Source of the DNA: Leucoraja erinacea
Taxonomy: Eukaryota
Assembly: GCF_028641065.1 (NCBI RefSeq)
Contig: NC_073385.1
Location: 33,294,001-33,358,000 of the forward strand
Reading direction: 5' to 3'
Length of the DNA stretch: 64,000 bases
In this document: piece by piece, positions 49,601-62,700 of the stretch
Position numbering within the stretch: position 1 is the stretch's first letter
Layout: each line of letters starts with the position of its first letter
Notes under the pieces: model-generated
Database searches by the model: none
The model's input: the letters and a program-made list of their open reading frames with translations, nothing else
What the model was told of the DNA's origin: nothing
Translations under genes and position numbers: made by a program

Positions 49601-50599
49601 ATGTTTTTTTCCGGAGAATCTGCAGTTCCTTTTGTCCCATATTATCTGTTTGTTGATAGCAATTTAATTACAATCGCTTTAATTACTGCAGCCCCATCTG
49701 TAAATAGTTTCACATATTTTACATGAGTGTAATATTGTCAATATTGACAAAGCAAAGGTTTTCCAGCCTACACTCTTCTAGTGTTTACTTTCTCTTGAAG
49801 TTGTTTAGACAATTGCAACTGTGGAAATGAAAAAAATCAAATAGCGAGGAATTATTTCATAATATTGCAATCACCTTCAGTGTTTTAGCTCTGATTTATT
49901 CTTTACAAACATATTGATTGAGGCTGTTTATTGAGAACATAAATGGCATAATGTTTGACTAAAAATTGTTAAACAATCGTTTACTCACTGAATCCAAGTT
50001 TCAAATTGTCGTTGAATCGAATTGAATGCTGTTTGCTGTCTAAAGATATTTTCTGTCGCCGTCAGTAATATAGATATTTACAGATTAATTGGCCTCTGTA
50101 AAATTCCCCCTAGCTTGTGGGGGGTGAATGCACTTGTAGGATAATATAGAACTAGTGCAAACAGGTGATCAATGGCTGGTATGGACTGGGTAGGCCAAAG
50201 GACCCGTTCCTATGCTGTATCTCTTAATCAATTTGCATTCACAATTGCAGTAAGGCTCCTCATTGCCCACTGAGGCTCGGGAACAAATCAAAGAGCATTT
50301 TAAGTAAAGACAGGAAACTGCTTTAAGAGATGTTTATAGCCAGCCCTGCCACGGATCAGCTAGAATCGAACTTCAATGGATAGTAAGGCTTTTTTTCATC
50401 TGTCAAAACATTTATTTGCGGAAGAAGCTTATCCAGAGGGTGATGGGTGAACCTGGCTTTTAAGCATTAACTTGAATGTCAAAATAATATTGATTTGAAA
50501 TACTCTGTATACATCTATCAACAAACAGGATGCCCAGTGTATTATCAGTAAGGACACTGATATCTAAGACAGCAGATGTACCAGGATGTGACCTGCACT

Positions 50600-50800
50600 T
50601 CAACACAGCGTGCTGGAGGAACTCAACAGGTCAGGCAGCATCTTTGGATGGAATAAACAGACTGTGTTTTTAATTAAGACTCTTATTCAGACCCAATCCA
50701 AAATATCTCCTGCCCATTCCCTCCAAAGATGCTGTCTGACCAGTTGAGTTCCTCGAGCATTTTGTGTTTTGCTCTAGATTCCAGCATTCACAGTTCTCTG
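50600..50800. mobile_element. Degenerate palindromic Penelope-derived element
   Basis: tgctggaggaactcaac.ggtcaggcagcatctttgg and ccaaagatgctgtctgacc.gttgagttcctcgagca. Confidence 0.72.
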
Positions 50801-51279
50801 TTTTGCCATGTTTCCGAGGCTTGCAGGCTTGAATTATTGGGAGAGATTGGATATGCTGGGAGTTTTTTTCTTCAGAATGTAGGAGACTGGGCGGTGACCT
50901 TATTGAGCACTTCAAGACCATGAGGGGCATGGATAAATGAACATTCAGTCTTTACCCCGGGATAGAGGATTTTACAACTCGTGGTTTTAAGCTCACAGTG
51001 AGAGGGAAGAGATTTAAGAGTGACCTCAGGGGCAGCTTTTTCACTCAGAGGGCAGTCCATATCTGCAATGAGCTGCCAGTGGGAGCTATAGAAATGGGTT
51101 GTTATAACTTTTAAAAGAGATTTGGGCAGGTATACGGATAGGAATGATTTAGTGTGCTAAATGCAGCAACAATTTAAAAAAAAAACAACTAAATCAAAGG
51201 CTCTGAACATTGAAAATCCAAAATAAAGAAAAATAAACATTCTCAAAGGATTCAGCATATTCAGCAACATTGACAGTTC

Positions 51280-51635
51280 ATAAATTCATGTTATAGCAGC
51301 AAAATTAGGCCATTTAGCCCATCAACTCAATTCTGCCATTCAATCATGGCCGATCTATCTTTCCCTCTCAATCCTATTATCCTGCCTTCACCCCATAAGC
51401 CCTGACACCCTTACTAATCAAGAATCTGTCAATCCTCACCTTAAAAATATACATTGACTTGGCCTCCACAGCCTTCTGTGGCAATGAATTCCACAGATTC
51501 ACCACCCTCTGACTAAAGAAATTCATCCTCATCTCCATTCTAAAGCGACTTCTTTCTATTCTGAGACCATGGCTTCTGGACCTAGATTCACCTGCTGGTG
51601 GAAACATCCTCTACACTTCACTCTATCCAGGGCTT
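51280..51635 (-). mobile_element. CR1 3' end
   Basis: NFFSQRVVNLWNSLPQKAVEA. A plus-strand CR1 remnant also lies at 50840-51170. Confidence 0.88.
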
Positions 51636-52104
51636 TCAAAATGGCTGGAATGGACAGAATGAGAAATAGGGAATTTCAAGCATGTGCCAGATGAAGAATG
51701 CAAGAAAACTGGAAATTTTGATTTTACTCTGACCAATGTCACTTCACTCTACTGTATTAAGAGTAGAGTTAAGTGACATTCAGACAGAGTAAAGCAGGGC
51801 ATAACCCAGCTCTGTTTAAATCCATTATGCTAATGTGGGCCAAAGGGCCTGTTTCTGGATCACATTACAAGGGCAGGAATACGTATGTTGCAACAACCGA
51901 GTCGGTTTAAGCCATATCCAATAGGGCTAAGTAACATTGGGCAGAGTAAAACAAAATCATTGTTCCACTACTTTCATGCATTATTTTTCTGGCAAATGAG
52001 CTTGAAATTTCCTGTTTCTCACTGTAAATATTGCTGAATCTGCGGAATGCTTTGATAATTTTATTTTCCTATTTGTGATTTCCAATGTTCAAAGCTTTTG
52101 ATTT

Positions 52105-52420
52105 GTTTAGTTTAGTTTAGTTTAGAGATACAGCGTGAAAACAGGGCCTTCGGCCCACCGAGTCCGCGCCAATCAACGATCACATTTAACACTATCCTAC
52201 ACACACTAGCGACAATTTACACATACACCAAGCTAATTAGCCTACAAACTTGTACATCTTTGGAATGTGGGAGGAAACCGAAGATCTTGGAGAAAACCCA
52301 CGTGGTCACTGGGAGAATGTACAAACTCCAACAGGGAGCACCCGTAGTCAGGATCGAACCCGGGTTTCCAGTGCTGCACTTGCTGTAAGGCAGCAACTCT
52401 ACCGCTGTGCCACCGTGCCA
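52105..52420 (-). mobile_element. tRNA-derived SINE
   Basis: Head ggcacggtggcacagcggtagagttgctgcctt, B box gggttcgatcc, (aaact)n tail. Further copies at 48350-48590(+), 53190-53435(-), 58365-58645(-), 63420-63530(+) and 63840-64000(+). Confidence 0.88.
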
Positions 52421-53989
52421 CTCATTTCTTTTTCAAGATTCTTTTTCAAAGAGTTACTGATCCAAGCAGCAGGTCATTTATGTAAATGGTTCACGAGTCA
52501 ATGAATTAACAACCTCAATACTCACGCAAAGAAGCCCAAATTTCTTAATGCAACCAAGATAGTCCATAGGTCATAGTTTGCATTTTGTCATATTCAAGAG
52601 CCTGATGGTTGTTGGGAGGACGCTGTTCTTGAAGCTGGTGGTCACAGTTTCAGCTCCTGTGTCTTCTACCCGATGGCAGCAGTGTAATGAGAGTGTGGCC
52701 AGGATGGCATGGGTCTTTGATGTCATGCTATGCAGCCTCCACAAGCACTGGTAGCATTTCAACCAACACAGGTTTATTGGGAAATTCAAACTAAAATCTT
52801 TCTTCTATGCAACATTGCAAATTAATTGCCTCTCTATAACTGGGATTGTCATATGTTCAAACCTCTGTTCAATCAACTGCACAATAATTAAGGAATGGGA
52901 AAACTTACTTGCAAGTGGGATTTTCAAATATTGAAGTAGGTTTTACTGCAATTTGTTTTATTCAATCTTGGCAAACCAAACTCAAAATCCAATCCTACCA
53001 TTGTAATTGACAAATTCCTGGGAATGGAAACCAATCTGAGCATGTTAAATAATTCAGAAATGTATTAATCTACATAATATAAGAACAGCCTTTTATGCAT
53101 GAAGACATGTTCAGTGGCCGTTAAAATACAAAATATTCTGGAGAGAAATAACAAATACTTAACTGGAAGACAAAGAAAATTAATTGATCGATTGAAAGAT
53201 ACAACATGAAAACTGGCCCTTCACATCGATGATATTCCCGTCCCCACATTCGCATCCACTCCCTACATACTGGGGGCAATTTACAGAGGGCCGTGCATGT
53301 ACCTTTGAGATGTGGGAGGAAACCAGAGCACTGGGAGGAAACCTATGTAGTCACAGGGAGAACGTGCAAACTCCACATTGACAGCATCCGAGGTCAAGAT
53401 TAAACACATTGTTTCTGGCGCTGCGAGGCAGCAGCTCAAATCAAATACATGCCTCTCTGTTGGATCATTTTGTGAAGATATGAATGAATTTTTAACTTTG
53501 CCTTATTATGGTGAACACCATACAAATTTCTCCGGATGATTTACCCAAAAATAAAAAAATACTGCTTAAAAAACACAATATAATTTGGGATTTATAAAAT
53601 GCCTTTAAAATAGTGAACAACCCCCAAGTTACTCTGCAGACGTGTTACCACATAATTGCCCAGAGTTAGTTTATTTAGGGTAATTTGAAAAAGTTGAGTT
53701 ATTGGTCAATAAAATATGTTAATGCTTAGTCATGCATAAAAAATGTACCTGCATAGTTCTCAGCGATGGTGACCTGCAGAGAAGACAGTTGTTACGGATT
53801 TTCTCAAAGGTATCTTAAGGAGCTGGTGAGAGATCTCTTGAAACAATACTTGATCTGTATTCCTTCTGTTGATTCTTGTCGGTGGCATTTGGGTGTGTGG
53901 TTGATGGAGGTGCTCAATGATTCTCTGATTTCTAGTATCAGGATACTATTTCCAACTGTTTAGTTAGTTCGTTTATTTATTTACAACAA

Positions 53990-54280
53990 AATACACAAAG
54001 TGCTGAAATAACTCAGCTGGTCAAGTCACATCTCTGGAGTACATGGATAGGTGATGCTTTGGGACGGGAACCGTCATCAGACTGATTGCATTGCGGAGGA
54101 AAAAGCTGGAAGTGAGGTGGGGTGCGGAACCAAAGCTGGAAATAGTATCCTGATACTAGAAATCAGAGAATCATTGAGCACCTCCATCAACCACACACCC
54201 AAGTGCCACCAACAAGAATCAACAGAAGGAATACAGATCAAGCTGGTAAGTGATTGGTCAAGCTGGTGGACACAGGTGAG
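53990..54280 (-). mobile_element. Penelope pLTR-like fragment containing a templated insertion
   Basis: Minus strand cagtctgatgacggttcccgtcccaaagcatcacc is a degenerate hammerhead core. Confidence 0.65.
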
Positions 54281-57200
54281 AGTTTATTTATTGCTACAAG
54301 TACAGAGATACAATGAAATGCTTGTACTGCATGCTATCGTGTCAAATCAAGCTATACCAGAATACAATCGATCCACTGCAAGAACAACACACAGAGTCTT
54401 GTCACATTCCACCGCCATCTTGCAACTTACAAGTCTCTGAAATATCCAACATTGAACCAAGGAAACAAGTAATTTCTTATTTCCTCAATTTAAGGGCTAA
54501 TGTCCTGGCAGCAGCGGAACAATGAAGTAAGGGTCAACCTGGTCCAGCGCGATGTTGTCATCTCGAAGGGCAAAATGGCCTCCTCCTGCACCTATTTTCT
54601 ATGTTTCCTTCTAATGCTGCTCCGTGAAGCTGCCACAGGCTTTGCTTGCTTCATTCACTCACCCAACTGCTGTAGAGCCTCCCATCGCTACCTCCGCCAA
54701 CACCATGAACCGAGACCACTGCAAACGCACTGCCCATCATCTCCATCAGCCGTCCCTAGGGTTCCGTGCACTAAGGTCACCATGTCTTCCTGAACTAATC
54801 TAGGAACTCACAGGCACTTTCCCAGGTAGCTTGAGGTGAGTTCATGGACTGGTCTTAATTTCCTTCATCCACTGCATCTCCTACAAACAGTTTGAAAAGC
54901 TCTGATGTATTATAACAAACAATATGCAGATGACACATACCCCATGGCCTTTTTCCTCGAATAATATCTGTAAGGCATCACCTCTATCGCTGCACCACCC
55001 ATTTATTTTTCAAGTTTATTTTTCAGTGTTGCTGATCCAAGCAGCAGGTCAATTATGGAAATGTTTCATGAGTCAATGAATTAACAACCCCAATACTCAC
55101 GCAAAGAAGCCCACAGTTCTTAATGCAACCAAGATAGTCCATAGGTCATAGTTTAGTTTGCATTTTATCGTGTTCAAGAGCCTGATGGTTGTTGGGAGGA
55201 AGCTGTTCTTGAACCTGGTGGTCACAGTTTTCAGCCCCTGTGCCTTCTTCCTGATTGCAGGAGTGTAATGAGAGTGTGGCCAGGATGGCATGGGTCTTTG
55301 ATGTCATGCTATGCAGCTTCCACAAGCACTGGTACTATTTCAATCAACACAGGTTTGTTGAGAAATTCAAACCAAAATCTTTCTTCTATGCAACATTGCA
55401 AATTAATTGCCTCTCTATAACTGGGATTGTCATATGTTCAAACCTCTGTTCAATCAACTGCACAATAAATTGAGGAATGGGAAAACTTACGTGCAAGTGG
55501 GGTTTTCAAACATTGAAGTAGGCTTCACTGCAATTTGTTTATTCAGTCTTGGCAAACCAAACTCAAAATGCAATCCTACCATTGTAATTGACAAATTCCT
55601 GGGGTTGGAAACCAATGCGTCACACAGCCACGAGGAAGTCTGTATCTTCTGTGACGAGTACTGTGAGGGATTGAAGCTTACAGAGTGATGTTATTTTCAT
55701 TCCAGCAGCAATTAGAACATAGAACAGTCCCTTGGCCCACACAGTCTGGGACAATCATGATTACACACTTGTCAGAAAATGGGAGAATAGTTTTTATTTA
55801 GTGAAAAAAAGAACAAAAAGTTAAGTTACTTTATGAGAGAAATCAAGGATGAAAGATTACAGCAAAACATTGATCACTGATTAATTATTTAAAAAATGTA
55901 ATATTCACATGTAACCATTGAATCACAGTATTTCAAAGACTGTGGGTGTTGTGAGTCATTGAAACACTTTGGTTTCTGTCAGATTGCTTCTCAGTGTGTC
56001 CTGTTAAGACCTTGAATAAACTGACTTGTTTGAGAATTTTAACACTGCTCAACAAGATTTTCTTTATGTGCTATCCTGATCTGAGCCATAATTAAGAGAG
56101 TAAATGGGTCCCAGATGAAAGCCAGATTCACAGTACAAGTCAAACACAATTATCTCCAACAAATATCAATATAGATTGTGCTCATTCTGTTGTGGTAACA
56201 TTTTGTTGGCTGAATGAAACAGTGAAAAGTATATGGTTTCCCTATGTTTGGAAGAATGGGTGTCAAGAGACAAGAGTTCTTAATTGTCAAGGAAAGACAC
56301 AAAAAGCTGGAGTCAGACAGTATCCTTGGAGAACATGGATGGGTAATCTTTATAGTCAGGATACTTCTTCAGTGCCTATCCTTTGTAAACCAGTATCTGC
56401 AGTTCCTTGTTGCTACAATCTGTGTTTAATTGTCATATGTACTGACAATGGAACAATGACATTCTTACCTGCGCCAGTACAATAGACATGTAAACGCAAT
56501 GCTTATAAATTAGGTATAATAAACAAACATTCAATAAACTAATAACTGCAATGCAAGTGCGAAAAAAAATGTAACCAGAGACAGTCCATAGCAGTTCATA
56601 GTAGAGGTCAGTGCAGTGAAGTCTTCAAGAGTCAGATGGTTGTTGTGAAGAAGCTATCCATGAACCTGCTGGTCACGTGCCCTTGGTAACTGAGACTTCA
56701 GCTTACTCTGACCTTCAAACCAGTTTTTTTTTTAACCATCCTCTCTCTGATGCAGAAATACATTTACAAACTGGAACACAATCCCAGTGCTATTAGCTCA
56801 GAAGCAGAGAACTTGGATGTGGACCAGGGCTTGCCAGCACTGCAAGAACATTCAATTCAATCCAAGTTTCCACACAATTATTCAATATTTTGATAATAGA
56901 TCCAAAAGCACAGTAACAGTGGAGTTTAATTTGTTAAGGCCACTTTATTTGTGAGTTTTGTGAAAAAAATTAATCCAGGATACATTGATTTAAGCTACTG
57001 GAGCTTCTTGGTTTAAAAGCTCATACTGATTAAATAATGAATTTAGAACAGTTCTTTTATTACACTCTATTGTTAACGTAATGATGATAAATTGTTGCAA
57101 GTGATTATTAACTCTGGTTTTGGAGGGTTTTGTTGCAAGACACTGACAAGAAATCATTGAACCTAATTTACGAGATAGTTTCGAGACCAATGTCAGTTGT

Positions 57201-59549
57201 TTAAATGACGTCTTAAATGAAGCCTGACTAAATTTTAAGCTGAGTAATTATGCAGGTTCTCTGAACAGCCACTTTAAGTAGATATCAGACCTGTGATAAA
57301 ATAGAGTGAAAAATCCTACTTGTGTGTTTGGTACCCAGACAATCAATTGCTTGACGTGAGCAGGAAATGGAGGGAGGATTGCCTTGCTTAGAGTTCTGTA
57401 GCCATTAGTAAGTGTTACGAATTAAGCAACATGTGGAACAAGGAGAAGCCAGAGTCCATTTTGAATATCCTGGTCAACTTGCCCCTCCATTGCCCATCTG
57501 CTCCTCCCATCCCCACACTTACACAATCCCCCTATACTCACCCCCCCCCCCCCCTCCCCCCAATAACAGAACCATTCAAGAGGCAAGAAGTATCTGATAT
57601 ATATATTGCTAGCCAATTCTTCGTCCATCTTACGATACATGACAGGGCTTTTGTTGCGGCTCGCGTTGTAATCCCTTAGCTATATTTTTTTCAGGCCACT
57701 CAGAATGCGTTTAGTAACCATGGGGCTCCCTCTTGTCTCCCCTGCTGCCGCTTTGAAGGTAGAATATGTTGATGCCTCCGGGGCAAAGTAGGAGGAGTAT
57801 GTGGCAGAGGGGGTGGGGGAGAGGCAGACAGGACCGAGCAATGGGAGAAGGAAGAGTAGGTGGGGGTCAAGCTGGGAGCGGACAAAGCCATCGCTGACAG
57901 GAAGAAGCAGCAACAGATGAGAGAGTTCTTAGGTTCAGTTTGAATTGAGTCCCATCTGATTGGCCTGACAGCACTTTACAGTGTTGGGATGATTCAAGTC
58001 AAGTTGAGTGCACAAAAACAGTGAGGTACAGGTACAATGAAAATTTTCCTGGCAGCCGCATCACAGGCACATAGACTCAGACCAACACACAAAAGCATAA
58101 ATTATACATAAATTATACTGCAATTCAGTGAAAAAATTTGTAAAAGTAAAAAAAGACATCTGTGCAAAACACAATTTGAAAACAAATAATGCAAGAAGTG
58201 GTCTGTAGTGTTTCATTGCTGAGATTTGCATTGTAATCATATGTGGCCCCGGACCAAGAAAATGCTTGATGTTGTTACACTTACAACAATATTCAAGTTA
58301 GGTTGTATTTTAATCTTACACCTTGGCAGATGTCATGACCAGTGGCATTGGTGGTGGCACTAAGTGATTGAAGTATACACCATGGAAACAGCCCCTTTGG
58401 CCCATTGTGTCCTATGTTATCCCATTTATACACCCACTCCTTACACACCTTGCACAATTTACACAGGTCAATTAACCTACAAGTGCATGTCCTTGGGATG
58501 TGGGAGGATATCAGAGCAGCCAGATGAAACCCATGCTGTCACGGAGAAAATGTGCAACCTCCACACTGGCAGCAACTAAGGTCAGGAGTGAACCGGAATC
58601 TCTAGCACTATGAGACAGTAACTCTACCAGTTGCACCGCCGTGCCTCTGGAGAAGAAAATGGTCAGATATTTCAAAATGTGACAGGTATATAAAAATAAA
58701 TTAAAAGCCTTGTTTTCTGAGAGAATTGCACACTAAAAAAATGTGCTCTTGTGATATCTGTGGTGCGTTTCAAACATATTCATTCTTTTGGCAACTGATT
58801 ACACCTCAATTTCCATTTATCTTTTTAACATTTGTTTTGCTTCAAATGTGTTCTATTTTTTCCACAAATAAGCCTGTCTCATTCACCAACATACTCAGGC
58901 TTAATAATTAAGAATATACGTAATTTTAATTTTGATGTGTGAGTCCCATTAAGATGATTAAACTATTTACTAAAAAGTGTTCTTGAGAGCTTATGTTTCA
59001 CTCGATGCTTTGCTGTAAAGTGACAACAGGCAATTCTTAACCCTGGCTCTGTTATCGATGAGATGCAATTTAAACAAACCATGTGTAAAATCAATGATGG
59101 CAGGAGCTGCTGTATTGTATCAATTTTCAGGGGTCAGAACTGGTAAAAAAAACCCCATTGGTTAAATAGTGGGGTGGCTTTGTTAATTCTGGCCAAATTG
59201 GAGATGCCAGGACACTAAAATTGAGTAAAGGCTTCTGGGCTGCAAGGCCATTTGGTCAATTTAAATGTGCCCTGCAGAAATGGGACACGCTGCAGAATGG
59301 CGCCAGCTTGTCTAGAGCCTAGATAAGAGTTGCAGGAAAAGAATGGGACATATGCAGATTCTGACAATTAGGTGTAAATTGCATGAACCAAATTGGGTGA
59401 ATGCAAAACCAGACACACACATTTTAAATAGCTTTACTTTGCTAGATGTTGATTGGGTTAAGTGTTGAGCCTTGTCTGGGTTTTTTGAATACCCAGGCAC
59501 ATGTTGCATAATTCATCTCTGTTAAGTTGCATCTAGAAACTTCATCAGA

Positions 59550-59900
59550 TACGTTATACTAGTCACTGTATTATTTGGTTAGGGAAATGTCTATCATGTA
59601 CTGTGTTAATCGATATCTGTTATAGGACTGTATAGAGTCCACCCCCATGTGGTTCGTCCCCTCAAGGTTTGGGGACCTATAAAAAGCCGCTCCCACTTTG
59701 TATTGTATTCAAATTGTATTCAAATTTATTGTCGCTCCCACGAGGTCCTGTGTCGATTTTCTTGGAGAACGCTTAGGACTGCGTGACCTTTTGGAGTGTC
59801 TCTGCTTGCACGAGGCTAGGAGGGCTTGGCCAGGCAGATACAAGGATTGAACCCGCGGTAATTAGGTATAATAGTGGGGAACTGTTATTGTGTTTTTCCA
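59550..59900 (+). mobile_element. Possible solo-LTR-like segment
   Basis: TATA box ctataaaaag at about 59677 in an LTR-like compositional context; termini not established. Confidence 0.35.
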
Positions 59901-59997
59901 AGATAAAGTATCAAAATATCAAAGGTACACAAAAAAGCTGGAGAAACTCAGTGGGTGCAGCAGCATCTATGGAGCGAAGGAAATATCAAAATATCAA

Positions 59998-60867
59998 GCT
60001 TGGTACACATTCTTCTCTGCAGATCCTCTCAAGCTGTCAGGTTGGATGGGGAGCGTCGATGCACAGCTATTTTCAGGTCCCTCCAGAGATGTTCGGTCGG
60101 GATTAAGTCCTGGCTGTGGCTGGGCCACTCAAGGACATTCACAGACTTGTCACAAAGCCACCCCTGCATTGTCTTGGCTGTGTGCTTAGGGTCGTTGTCC
60201 TGTTGGAAGGTGAACCTCCGCCCCAGTCTGAGGTCCAGAATGCTCTGGAGAAGGTTTTCATCAAGGATCTCTCTGTACATTGCTCTGTTCATCTTTCCCT
60301 CGATCCTGACTAGTCTCCCAGTTCCTGCCACTGAAAAACATCCCCACAGAATGATGCTGCCACCACCATGCGTCACCATGATGAGCAGGGCCTGGTTTCT
60401 CCAGACGTGACACTTCGCATTCAGGCCAAAGAGTTCAATTTTAGTTTCATCAGACTAGTGAGTCCTTTGGGTGCCTTTTGGCAAACCAAACGGACTGTCA
60501 TGTGTCTTTTACTGAGGAGTGGCTTCCGCCTGGCCACTCTACCATAAAGGCCTGATTGGTGGAGTGCTGCAGATATAGGTGTCCTTCTGGAAGGTTCTCC
60601 CATCTCCACAGAGGAACTTTGGAGCTCTGTCAGAGTGATCATCGGGTTCGTGGTCACCTCCCTTCTCCCCCGATTGCTCAGTTTGGCTGGGCGGTCATCT
60701 CTATGAAGAGTCCTGGTGATTCCAAAGTTCTTTCATTTAAGAATTGTGGAGGCCACTATGCTCGTCGAGACCTGCAATTTTGCAGAAATTGATTTATACC
60801 CTTCCCCAGATCTGTGTCTTGACACAATCCTGTCTCGGAGGGCTACGGACAATTCCTTCATCTTCAT
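59998..60867 (-). pseudogene. Tc1 transposase, frameshifted and deleted
   Basis: MKMKELSVALRDRIVSRHRSGEGY, GRVARRKPLL, HGGGSIILWGCF, and QQDNDPKH...DLIPTEHLW with 34 residues between D and E. Confidence 0.92.
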
Positions 60868-61263
60868 GGCTTGATTTTTGCTCTGACGTGCATAGATAAC
60901 AGTGGGACCTTATATTGACAGGTGTGTGTTTTTCCAAATCATGTCCAATCAATATAATTTACTACTGGTGGACTCCACTCAAGTTGTAGAAACATCTCAA
61001 GGATAATCAATGGAAACAGGATGAACTTCAGCTCAAATTTGAGTGTCCTAGCAAAGGGTCTGAATACTTATGTAAATGTGATATTTAGTTATTTATTTAT
61101 AATTAATTTGCAAACATTTCTAAATACCTGTTTTCACTTCTTCATGTTGGGGTAATGTGTGTGGATTGATGATTAAAAATAAAATAATTTAATTCACTTT
61201 AAAATAAGGCTGTAATGTAACAAAATGTGGAAAAAGAGGTCTGAATACTTTCTGAATGCACTG
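59998..61263 (-). mobile_element. Tc1 (DD34E, IR/DR-type) DNA transposon, one end missing
   Basis: Minus-strand terminus TA|CAGTGCATTCAGAAAGTATTCAGACC; direct repeat ggtctgaatactt at 61057-61069 and 61238-61250. Confidence 0.92.
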
Positions 61264-61679
61264 TATATTGACTTTCTGCTGACAGGTTAGCACGCGACAA
61301 AAAGCTTTTCACTGTACCTCGGTCCACGTGACAATACATTAAACTGATCTGATCTATGTATCATATCTGCACTGCATTATTCAGGCTATTAATTCGCTCT
61401 GACCTGATTTTTGTTTGACTTGTCTAGGGAGTAGGGGGGTGGGGAGAGATGGGCACGCACGCCAGGTGTTAGCTGTTTTGAATATGCGAGTAAAAGCTCA
61501 GATGAGCTGGCAAGCTTCACAGCTCCGGAATCCTAAACAACATCAAAAGATTTATTTATTGAAGAAATGCTCCAGTGAAGCTAGAGCAAAGGAAGGTTTT
61601 GTGCCAGAAGCAAGACTGAGTGCAGGTGCTGGAAATCTCAATTAAAATTGAAAATTCTGGCAATACTGTATCTCAAATG

Positions 61680-62025
61680 TGCACAAGCTATAGGAGCAGA
61701 ATTAGGCCATTCGGCTCATCGAGTCTACTCCGCCATGCAATCATGGCTGATCTCTGCCTTCTAATCCCATTGTCATGCCTTCTCTCCATAACACTTGACA
61801 CCTATTCCAATCAAGAATTTGTCCATCCCTGTCTTAAAAATATCCACTGACGTGGCCTCCACAACCCTCTGTGGCAATGAGTTCCACAGATTGACTATCC
61901 TCTGACTAAAGAAGTTCCACCTCAACTCCTTTCTAAAAGAGCACCCTTTAATTCTGAGGCTTTGACCTCTGGTCCTGGATTCTCCCACCAGTGGACACAT
62001 CCATTCCACATCCACTCCATCTATG
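61680..62025 (-). mobile_element. CR1 3' end
   Basis: FFSQRIVNLWNSLPQRVVEA and 3'UTR. Confidence 0.88.
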
Positions 62026-62029
62026 CTTA

Positions 62030-62700
62030 AGCAAGCACAAAATGCTGGTGGAACTCAGCTGGTCAGACAGCATCTGTAGAGGGAAGGAACAGATGGCATT
62101 TCAGGCTGGGACCCTTCTTCAGACTGATTGGAGCAGGGGGCAGAAAGCTGGAAAAGCGAATTGGGGAGAAGACAAAACCGGGCAAGTTATAGGTGGAGAC
62201 ACAAGGAATTGCAGATGCTGGAATCCTGAACAAGGCACAAAGTATTGGAGGAACTATGCAGCTAAGGCAGCATCTGTGGGGGGAATGGGCAGACAAAACT
62301 TTGGGTCAGGACTCTTCATTGGACAAACAGGGGATATAGTTGGGAGGGGGTGGGTAGGGGTTGATTGGCAGAAGGTGAAGTACGTGACAGAGGTTAGAGG
62401 TGAAAAGGAGACAAAAGAATATCAGATAAGACGAGGAGAGCAGGGATAAAATGTAAAGACAGAGGAATGAATGTGGGTGGACAGGGGAGGGGGGAACACT
62501 GGGGGTCAAGGGAAATGGGCAGTATACAAAGATGGGGAAGGAAACAGGGTTATGGGGGGGGGAGGAGAGATGATGAGAAAATGGGAATGCACTGTAGTGA
62601 GTTGGGGTGCAGTTTAGGAATAAGATGTTGGGGGAAGCTATTACTTGAAGTTGGAGAAACCAATGTTCATATTGTTGAGTTATAAGTTACGCAAGTGGAA
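62030..62700 (-). mobile_element. Nested Penelope 3'/pLTR fragments
   Basis: Minus strand MNIGFSNFK at about 62670, a purine-rich tract on the plus strand, and cagtctgaagaagggtcccagcctgaaatg at about 62097-62126. Confidence 0.72.

Noticed and set aside
52105-52420. tRNA genes at SINE heads
   Set aside because: A/B-box-like heads run directly into SINE core and LINE-like tails; no complete cloverleaf is seen.
57680-57913. 77-aa minus-strand ORF in a purine-rich unique segment
   Set aside because: No recognisable homology or clear splice structure; may be regulatory DNA but cannot be supported from sequence alone.
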